64,000 nt of DNA from Clostridia bacterium (GTDB taxonomy: Bacteria; Bacillota; Clostridia; UMGS1810), in NCBI GenBank assembly GCA_045539515.1, contig JAZQFN010000065.1, forward strand, positions 3,429-67,428, in the 5' to 3' direction. This document shows positions 56,861-64,000 of the stretch, piece by piece. Made by a program: the position numbers and the translations under genes. The notes beneath the pieces were generated by a model that searched no databases, was not told the DNA's origin, and saw only the letters and a list, made by a program, of their open reading frames with translations. The stretch's first letter is position 1. Each line of letters opens with the position of its first letter.

Positions 56861-58054
56861 TTAGTTAATTGTAAGTGTCTTTGTACTTTCGTCCCATATA
56901 GGTGATTTACCCAAAGCCTTTGCCAATTCATTTATGGAAATATAGCCTTTGGAATCCTTCAACTCATATTTTCCGGAAGAAACATCAACTCCGTTTACAG
57001 TCATGTAACTTGCATCTATTGGAACAATAACCTTTACGCCATCTTTTTCTCCGATATATTTACCTTCTGATATTACCATATCCATTTCAAAAAGTCTGAA
57101 AGCACTTCTGATACCAACCATTACTTCTGTGTTTTTAAGATAGGGTTCTGAACTAAAATATGCATATATACCGTCTTTCATTACATTGATTTCATAAGGA
57201 CCGCCCGGAATAATTGATGGAGTTTCAGTTACGGGTATCTCTATGGGGGTAGGTCTTAGGAGCTCGCCCCCGGGCTTTCTGAGCCTGGGAGCATTTTCTG
57301 TAATCTGTAAATAGTCTATATACCAATCTGCGGTAAACATTCTTGATTCAAACATTATGGCAGAAACAGCAGGTGTTTCCATAGATACGAAGTCAATAAA
57401 CATAGGTACATTTGACCTCATAACATATCCATCTTTTAATTCATCACATTCCAACAACAAGCTTGCCGTCTGTTTGTCAATATTAATGTTCATAGATAAA
57501 GTATACCATTTTCCGGGTACAATCTTATCCTGCAATTCAGTAGAATATGAATTTGAACTCTGATATTGAATTTCTCCACCGGTTACATTGCCGGCCACAA
57601 AAAATCTTGTTGCCCACTTGCCCTCAGGAGTAAGGAAATAGATACCATTAGAAGCAAAATCTGTCTCCTTGTTATCAGAAACTTCCATTTTGAATCTCAT
57701 CTTAAGTCCCAAAGTTCCCTTTGTATGAATACCAATATCCTTGGTAATAACTACACTGGCAGCCGAAGTCCCGGGAGTTTTATCCGAGAGAAGCAGTGCC
57801 TGCTGTTTCTCTCCGTCAGGGCCTTCTGTTTTGGCAAGCGAAATTGATGAATTGCCTGCAACAGAATACTCGTAGCCCATATCTTCAAAATCCTTATCGG
57901 CAATCATAAAATCATCGCAGAAAATATCCGTTCTCGTGGATAAATCTCTGGTTATCTTTTTTCTTTTGTCATGTCTGGGAGCGTGAGCGCCTGCCGTAAT
58001 GCCAAGACATAGTGCAAGCACCAGACCAAAGCTTAGTGTTCTTTTAATACACAT
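56861..58054 (-). CDS. Secreted protein with C-terminal copper-amine-oxidase-N-like stalk domain
   Basis: Signal peptide present. The C-terminus MTVNGVDV...YISINELAKALGKSPIWDESTKTLTI resembles Cu_amine_oxidN1. The middle region is unknown. Confidence 0.55.
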   Translation of the reverse strand: MCIKRTLSFGLVLALCLGITAGAHAPRHDKRKKITRDLSTRTDIFCDDFMIADKDFEDMGYEYSVAGNSSISLAKTEGPDGEKQQALLLSDKTPGTSAASVVITKDIGIHTKGTLGLKMRFKMEVSDNKETDFASNGIYFLTPEGKWATRFFVAGNVTGGEIQYQSSNSYSTELQDKIVPGKWYTLSMNINIDKQTASLLLECDELKDGYVMRSNVPMFIDFVSMETPAVSAIMFESRMFTADWYIDYLQITENAPRLRKPGGELLRPTPIEIPVTETPSIIPGGPYEINVMKDGIYAYFSSEPYLKNTEVMVGIRSAFRLFEMDMVISEGKYIGEKDGVKVIVPIDASYMTVNGVDVSSGKYELKDSKGYISINELAKALGKSPIWDESTKTLTIN

Positions 58055-58066
58055 ACTTACGCCTCC

Positions 58067-60892
58067 TTACTTAACTACAATAATCACATAGGGAGTACCT
58101 ACAGACGCCTGAATAATTACAAGAGATGTATCCTCTTCCCCTACTGTTTCGTATGGAAGAATGTCGGTGTAACTTCCTACTTTTACTTTTTTACCTTCCA
58201 CAGCTTTGGAATCATACAGTATATATGTACAGCTTGAATAATTGGGAACTGCTATGTACTGTGATGTATCTGCCGATGCAATTTGTGATTTATCACGAGT
58301 GTAAATTACATTTAACCCGTCATTTCCCTTTTGCATAGGATATGCATAGGATACATAGAACGCCAGATTAAACTGCATTCCGGTGTCAATTATCAGTCTC
58401 TTTTCGGGAATTCTGTAATAAATCCATACTCCTTCAAGATACCCTTCGTAGTCTGTGGTATAACGAATTACATCCCCGATTTTTAAGTTATTCGCACTGA
58501 GCTCTCCGCTTAAATCCTCAAGCGGATTGCCCTCGGCATCTATAGTATCGGCAACAGACGCCAAAGTGAATCTGAAATCATCCTTAATATAGATTGATTT
58601 TCTCCCGCCTTGTCCCACAACAGTTAATTTTGTGCACTCAGTTTCATTGTAAAGGCAACGGCTTATGGCAGAAATTACACTCAATCTGGTTTCGTCACTC
58701 ACCTTGGATTCAGTATCAGCATTGAGCATAACATAAGGTGCAGTTATTGAATCTTTTTCATAGTAATAAGATGCAGCATCGTATGTATAATCTTCTCCGC
58801 CGGTAATTCCGTTGTGAAGATGTACTTTGTATCTGTCTTCATCAAAATAGTCTTTATTTCCTATGCTCGGAGCAGTATATCTGATAACTTTTGTATTTGC
58901 GTTAATAATAAACTTTGTGTTTCCGCCTGCTCCGTTTTGCCCAAACAACATACCGCCCATTCTGTATCTCAAATCCGTACCGGAGTGACCTCTGAAAAGC
59001 GCATTGTCACCTACAGCATCCTGCCTTGTTGCTTCGATTTCATTCTTGATATCGTTAAATATTGTATCAAGGAATATTATTTCTCCGTTTGAATTAAGAC
59101 GATATCTTACAGGCTGAGCAATACATCCGTCATCTGCGGTATATATAAGTGCAGATGATGCTTTAAGCTTGGAAATTACTCCGCTGTCTGTTCGGGAATA
59201 GCGCACATTGTCCACAGTGTATTTTTCTGCAGAATTTGCTATAATGAACTCTGCGTTTTCCGAATAAATCTTGAACTGAATATTGGATTTAAGACCCGAA
59301 CCCTCATCTGCACCGATTAAAAATCCAAAGGTCATATCCGAAACAACGCGAACATCGGCAATTTCACCGAACACATTTAATGAAAGCTGTACATTGTCAC
59401 CTACTTTAAAGGAATTTGTACCAAACGCCTTTTCAAGATTTGAAGAAGCTGTCTTTGTGAGAAGATACTGCCCTTCCTCTGTTTCAACACATATTCTGTC
59501 ATTTACTGTGCTTAACGATGTAATCTTACCTGTTACCGATGAATTTGTTTTATACAGCTTGTATAATCTCTGGTCAGCATCCTCATTGGATTTGTATACC
59601 GAAATCACATCGTTTGTATTTATATCGTTTATGCTTCCTTCTTCTCCACTTGGAAGATACACAATTGTGTATGGGTCGTCTGCATCCACATCCACGGAAA
59701 TACTTTTTGTATTATCATAGGCATCATATATCTTTTCTCCGGATACATCAACGGCACCCACAACATAATCCTGATATGCTTCCACATAGATTACATCGCC
59801 GGATTTGTCGCCATCATTACTCACTACAGTAACACGACCTTCATAATTCCTGAGAGCTTCGTAGGAAAAGGCTTCTCCCGTGGAAGCACCGTTCCATATA
59901 ACTGATGAAACTATATTGTAGGACACGTCCTCTTTTCCCGTTTCGTCCCAATAATATATTTTGCCGTTTTCTACCTTATAGATGTCGCTTATGGATATGA
60001 CTGTTTCCCTGTTTTCACTTGTTTTTGCAATATATACCAGGGTATCCTCCGCGCCGGTTCTTGCTTCTTTATAATAAGCATCAACCTCATATCCCAAAAA
60101 ATTCCATGTGGTTGTATCCAATTCGCCTACCTCAAGCTTGGTATTACCTACAACAATATGCCAGCCGGGAGTTAAATTTTCACCGCGAAGCGAAGATATA
60201 TCCACAGAGTTTACAATATCTGTAATGTGTACAATACCCATGCTCTGATAAAGCAACGTCATACCGTCCTCACTTCCAAAGCGGGGCTCTTCACCATAGG
60301 AAATCTGATTTAAGGTAAGGGTATTTAAAGCATTAAAACAAAGCTGAGCTATTTCACCTTTGGATGCGGTTTCCGCCATATTTATATCTTCGAGGTAATC
60401 AAACATATCCAGTCTGTTTGCAGTATAATAATATCCTGCAGGGTAACCGCCTTTTGACTGTGCATAAGCACCGTAACCAAGTACAATTGTAAGTACAGAA
60501 ACTGCCTCACCCGTCATAATCTCTCTGTCGGGAGAATACGTACCATCAGCATATCCGCCTACTACACCGGCCTGTGCAAGGGTGTTGATATAGGGTGCAT
60601 ACTCGTGTTCCGGTGAGACATCGCTGAATCTCTGCGCATATGTATCCAATACAGGGTAACCTGCTGCAACACATACCAACTTGGCAAATTCGCCTCTTGT
60701 CATGGCATCCGAGAGCGTGTATTCAGCCTTTTTATCTATAACTCCGATTGCTCTTAAAAATTCTGCAGCCTGTGCCCCCTTAACTTCAACGATTATCTCG
60801 TCATTGACAGAAGTTACAGTGTCCGCAAAGCAAGTAACAGTGAGAGAACATATCAGGCATAGTGTAACAAGTATACTGAGAATTTTCTTCAT
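58067..60892 (-). CDS. SLH-domain cell-surface protein (N-terminal SLH triplet, 941 aa)
   Basis: FSDVSPEHEYAPYINTLAQAGVVGGYADGTYSPDREIMTGEA and flanking SLH-like repeats. Confidence 0.75.
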   Translation of the reverse strand: MKKILSILVTLCLICSLTVTCFADTVTSVNDEIIVEVKGAQAAEFLRAIGVIDKKAEYTLSDAMTRGEFAKLVCVAAGYPVLDTYAQRFSDVSPEHEYAPYINTLAQAGVVGGYADGTYSPDREIMTGEAVSVLTIVLGYGAYAQSKGGYPAGYYYTANRLDMFDYLEDINMAETASKGEIAQLCFNALNTLTLNQISYGEEPRFGSEDGMTLLYQSMGIVHITDIVNSVDISSLRGENLTPGWHIVVGNTKLEVGELDTTTWNFLGYEVDAYYKEARTGAEDTLVYIAKTSENRETVISISDIYKVENGKIYYWDETGKEDVSYNIVSSVIWNGASTGEAFSYEALRNYEGRVTVVSNDGDKSGDVIYVEAYQDYVVGAVDVSGEKIYDAYDNTKSISVDVDADDPYTIVYLPSGEEGSINDINTNDVISVYKSNEDADQRLYKLYKTNSSVTGKITSLSTVNDRICVETEEGQYLLTKTASSNLEKAFGTNSFKVGDNVQLSLNVFGEIADVRVVSDMTFGFLIGADEGSGLKSNIQFKIYSENAEFIIANSAEKYTVDNVRYSRTDSGVISKLKASSALIYTADDGCIAQPVRYRLNSNGEIIFLDTIFNDIKNEIEATRQDAVGDNALFRGHSGTDLRYRMGGMLFGQNGAGGNTKFIINANTKVIRYTAPSIGNKDYFDEDRYKVHLHNGITGGEDYTYDAASYYYEKDSITAPYVMLNADTESKVSDETRLSVISAISRCLYNETECTKLTVVGQGGRKSIYIKDDFRFTLASVADTIDAEGNPLEDLSGELSANNLKIGDVIRYTTDYEGYLEGVWIYYRIPEKRLIIDTGMQFNLAFYVSYAYPMQKGNDGLNVIYTRDKSQIASADTSQYIAVPNYSSCTYILYDSKAVEGKKVKVGSYTDILPYETVGEEDTSLVIIQASVGTPYVIIVVK

Positions 60893-60898
60893 ATTTCA

Positions 60899-62587
60899 TT
60901 ACTCCCTTCCGGATAAACCATGAATAAGTTTTGCCGACTGTGCACGCGAACAATCACCCAAAGGTGCAAATCTTTCTTCAGTTACACCGTTTATGATACC
61001 AGCACCCTTTAATGCGTATACCGCTTCTTTTGCCCAGTCCGCCACAGATGAATCATCTTCAAACAAAATCTGTGCAGGTTCAAAAGCATATCCGAGCTTA
61101 ATTGCTGTTCTGTAGAGAATTGTTGCTGCTTCCTGACGTGTAATGGTTCTTCCTGTACCAAAAGTATCCTCGCTTATACCGCGTACCATTCCGGCATTGA
61201 CAGCAGCATTTACATAAGAAGCATACCAGGCTCCCTCGTCCACATCCCCAAAAGCTGTTTCGGTATCGCCTGTAATCTCTATGCCAAATGCCACAACGGC
61301 AATCTTGACAAATTCTTCTCTCGTTACACTTGCCTCGGGTGCAAAGCTTCCATCACCTCTGCCCGCTATCGCGCCCAAATCAGTCAGTGCTTTTATGCTT
61401 TCGTATGCCCAGTGGTCGCTTGCCACATCACTGTAGACAGAGTATTCTTTAATGTCTAATTCTTCAAAATCAAGAGGAGCTGTTGAACCCCCGTAGAAAG
61501 AACCTTTTCCTCCACTGGAGCCGGAACTGCTTTCCTTTACACCCGATTTGATTTTTTTAATTGCATCGTTTACGTCATCGACAAATTTATCTATGCTCGA
61601 ATAACTGTTCTTAAGATACCGGGTTACATCCGATGGTGATTTAAGATCTTCATAATCATCCATATCTATTCCAAGTGCCTTACCGTGGCTGTCTATAAGG
61701 TTTTTGTAGTCCTGCCACCCGTCGGCGGTTTTCAGTACGCTCAAAGCTACACTATCCTCAAACAGGTTACTTACATCCTCCAGGGATTTACAATCGGAAT
61801 TTTTGAAATAGTCGGACACAAAGCTTTCTTTAACTGCATCCGAAAGGCCGTTATATGTTGTAACAAAGGTTTTATCAAGATTAAGTCTCTCATCGGTAAT
61901 ATTACCGGGGCCGTCATTTAATGACTGAATAAGTGCTGCAAGATACAAGACATCCACAAAGTCTGCAGGCTTTTCACTTACAAGCGAAGAATTATCCTCT
62001 TTGAGCAGTTCAAAGAGCACATTGGAAAGTCCGGTTTCGTTTACAGTAAGAATAAGGTTACCTTCTCCAATGTTTAAAAGCATCGCCGTAGCACTGTTAT
62101 GGTCATCTGCAAGATTAAGCTTTGCCTTTAAATCAGAAGCAGTTGAGGAAGTATTATCCAGAAGTTTTTTTATTTCACCGATATACTTAAGCTTTTCATC
62201 CTTGCTTGCAAAATAGAATGTTTTCTGTTCAGCTTTCGTAAGCAACTCTGATGTAAGAACTGCAGTATACACACCTGCAGGCATACCCTTCATACCGAAT
62301 TCCAGGCTGTAAGAGCCATCATCGGAAGTATAGTACTGATCGTAACTTGCCAGAAGCTCCATAAATTTATCTTCAGAGATTTCAGTAAGGTCATCGGGTG
62401 TCTTATCAGGTTTATAAACATACAGAGCAAAGCTGTCTCCGTAGGATGCTCCGCTTATTTTCCCTTCTATTGTAACTATGGCTGTTTCGTCATTGATTGA
62501 CGGCTGGTTAATTACATCGGCTGATGCAATACTGCCAAAGGCAAAACAAACTGTAAGCGTAAGTAATATTGTTCTTAACATTTTCAT
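60899..62587 (-). CDS. SLH-domain cell-surface protein (C-terminal SLH triplet, 562 aa)
   Basis: Three repeats: YSDVASDHWAYESIKAL..., FGDVDEGAWYASYVNAA..., FEDDSSVADWAKEAVYAL... Confidence 0.75.
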   Translation of the reverse strand: MKMLRTILLTLTVCFAFGSIASADVINQPSINDETAIVTIEGKISGASYGDSFALYVYKPDKTPDDLTEISEDKFMELLASYDQYYTSDDGSYSLEFGMKGMPAGVYTAVLTSELLTKAEQKTFYFASKDEKLKYIGEIKKLLDNTSSTASDLKAKLNLADDHNSATAMLLNIGEGNLILTVNETGLSNVLFELLKEDNSSLVSEKPADFVDVLYLAALIQSLNDGPGNITDERLNLDKTFVTTYNGLSDAVKESFVSDYFKNSDCKSLEDVSNLFEDSVALSVLKTADGWQDYKNLIDSHGKALGIDMDDYEDLKSPSDVTRYLKNSYSSIDKFVDDVNDAIKKIKSGVKESSSGSSGGKGSFYGGSTAPLDFEELDIKEYSVYSDVASDHWAYESIKALTDLGAIAGRGDGSFAPEASVTREEFVKIAVVAFGIEITGDTETAFGDVDEGAWYASYVNAAVNAGMVRGISEDTFGTGRTITRQEAATILYRTAIKLGYAFEPAQILFEDDSSVADWAKEAVYALKGAGIINGVTEERFAPLGDCSRAQSAKLIHGLSGRE

Positions 62588-62751
62588 GGGAAAGCCCTCC
62601 TTTTAAAATTATAATTCTATAATTTACAATGCGCACTTCGTAAATGATTACGCCGCATGCATTATACATTATAATGTTTCGGTTTTGTACGGCAGGCAGA
62701 GGGGGCGCCCACCGTACTGACCGAATAACAAAATGATTAAATGAGACAATC

Positions 62752-64000
62752 TTATTTAAATTTCAGGAATGTGAGGTAGGGATAGGTACCGTATGTACCT
62801 GTACCTCGATTATCATTGTAAATTGTTACAATACTTCCTGCCTTGTAACTCTTAACTGCATAATTTGAGTAAATTCCAAAGCTCTCTCCCTGTGATACAA
62901 CACCCTCAACAGTTGTAGAACTTTTTCTGTCACGCATTAGTGTGAAGGGAGCAGATTTCCATGAACCCGAAGTCCAACCGTCCTCAGTAGCCGTAAATGC
63001 CGGGAGATACCTTCCTGTAATAATTACATCACAATCTTTGTTAACCTTAAAGGTAAACCAAGGAACATTTCCTGCAGTTGAAAAATCATATGTTCCATAG
63101 CTTTTTGTGCTAGTAACAGATTCTGCATTTGTCGCAAGACCATTTCCATTATATCCGGAAAAAGCATATCTTGCCCAATCCGGGCTGGAACCCGTGTCAA
63201 CCAGAGACACATTGGAGGGTATAAAATAGCAATTTTCAAAGCCCATGGTGTCCGTAAAATCTACAAATTTTCTATCGTAGATTATAGCTGTTGTAAGAAG
63301 ATTTGCCTTTCGCATAGTATTCTTTTCTGCACCAGAACCACCGGCTGCATATGGAATCGTTCCTGTTGCAACATTCGTGTCTACAGCGGTCAGTCCTGCA
63401 TGCTTACAGTATTCTGCATATGTCATACCACCGCAAAGATCTGTGTAATCAGAGTAAAGTCCAATTCTCCCTGTTGGAGATTTTGGCTCAACAACTACAA
63501 TAATATCTCTTGAAGATGCAGAACTATTTGTATTTCCGGGAACAACAATTTCAAGTTCCGTTTCCTCTTCCTTAAGCTCGTAAGTTCTGGAATATGAATA
63601 CCTGTATACAGAACCAAAATAGTTTCCTACTGAAGCCCATGCTGTATCAAATGTTGTTTGAGCAGACTCCGAAGCTGCATCATAATAGGTTTTAAGATAT
63701 GTAGTGTAAAATGCATCTTTTCCGAGAGCTCCGTATTTGGCTGCAAGATCGTATGTAGGAGTAACACCTATGGCACGAAGGGCTTTTGCAAAATTACCAT
63801 TCATGTATCTTCCCTTAAGCCATCCGTTTCCGCTCTGCATAGTTGACAATTCATACCCTGCAAAACTCATATTGCCGTTGGTTGCCAGAATATGTATTGT
63901 ACAATCTTTATCAACTTTGAATTTGAGCAACGTATCTCCGGTATATGCATTATCGCCGGCATTAAATGCAAAATAATCCAGTCCTTCCAAAGATGGATCT
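62752..64000 (-). CDS. Partial CDS (5' end beyond the window): protein with two copies of an uncharacterised module shared with the 1405-aa lyase C-terminus
   Basis: The frame stays open to the window edge, and the track's 'M' at 63990 is a TTG. Shared blocks: CGGMTYAEYC, VPWFTFKVNKDCDVII, SYKAGSIVTIYN, YPYLTFLKF. Confidence 0.6.
   Translation of the reverse strand, partial: DPSLEGLDYFAFNAGDNAYTGDTLLKFKVDKDCTIHILATNGNMSFAGYELSTMQSGNGWLKGRYMNGNFAKALRAIGVTPTYDLAAKYGALGKDAFYTTYLKTYYDAASESAQTTFDTAWASVGNYFGSVYRYSYSRTYELKEEETELEIVVPGNTNSSASSRDIIVVVEPKSPTGRIGLYSDYTDLCGGMTYAEYCKHAGLTAVDTNVATGTIPYAAGGSGAEKNTMRKANLLTTAIIYDRKFVDFTDTMGFENCYFIPSNVSLVDTGSSPDWARYAFSGYNGNGLATNAESVTSTKSYGTYDFSTAGNVPWFTFKVNKDCDVIITGRYLPAFTATEDGWTSGSWKSAPFTLMRDRKSSTTVEGVVSQGESFGIYSNYAVKSYKAGSIVTIYNDNRGTGTYGTYPYLTFLKFK

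Noticed and set aside
1-64000. Retron, DGR, CRISPR-Cas, restriction-modification or other recognisable defence systems.
   Set aside because: No reverse transcriptase, cas, methyltransferase/endonuclease, or STAND/ATPase-nuclease-type ORFs are present in either strand's ORF set. Only the small TA-like locus is reported.

Overview
The window looks like a Firmicutes/Clostridia chromosomal segment, judged from gene content, sporulation genes, SLH proteins and RBS style. It splits into four parts.

(1) 1-5.2 kb is an AT-rich, degenerate accessory island stacked at the 3' end of a GGGtGRT-family gene. That gene's 3' end plus its terminator is present three times. The cargo is small secreted proteins and lipoproteins, HTH proteins, a truncated resolvase-type HTH remnant, a candidate type I toxin-antitoxin locus, and a promoter-driven structured RNA.

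(2) 5.3-41 kb is core and housekeeping:
- a GGGtGRT/NifU-like pair, a GH29 fucosidase and a GH94 phosphorylase;
- argCB, and a lysine-riboswitch-controlled asd-dapA-dapB operon that runs without a visible terminator into two CAZyme-like genes;
- a SpoIID-like gene, queA-tgt, and yajC-secDF with two extra SecD-P1-only paralogs;
- tRNA-Leu, a MATE transporter, a lipid kinase, and an NhaC transporter fused to a DnaJ-type zinc finger;
- galM, lysA, scpAB and ytfIJ-like genes.

(3) 42.7-46.4 kb is a three-gene module (C-N hydrolase, 2-hydroxyacid dehydrogenase, AraC) bracketed by clusters of a palindromic intergenic repeat.

(4) 46.4-64 kb is a large minus-strand polysaccharide-degradation/cell-surface locus. 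It holds a GH106-like hydrolase, two giant DUF4962/heparinase II/III-like lyases, SLH-anchored proteins, and proteins sharing an uncharacterised C-terminal module.

I found no CRISPR array, reverse transcriptase, intact recombinase or recognisable defence system. The most unusual items are the candidate type I TA, the SecD-P1 paralogs, the four-armed palindromic element upstream of the GH94 gene, and the lyase/SLH locus. All protein family calls come from motif recognition by eye, not from searches.
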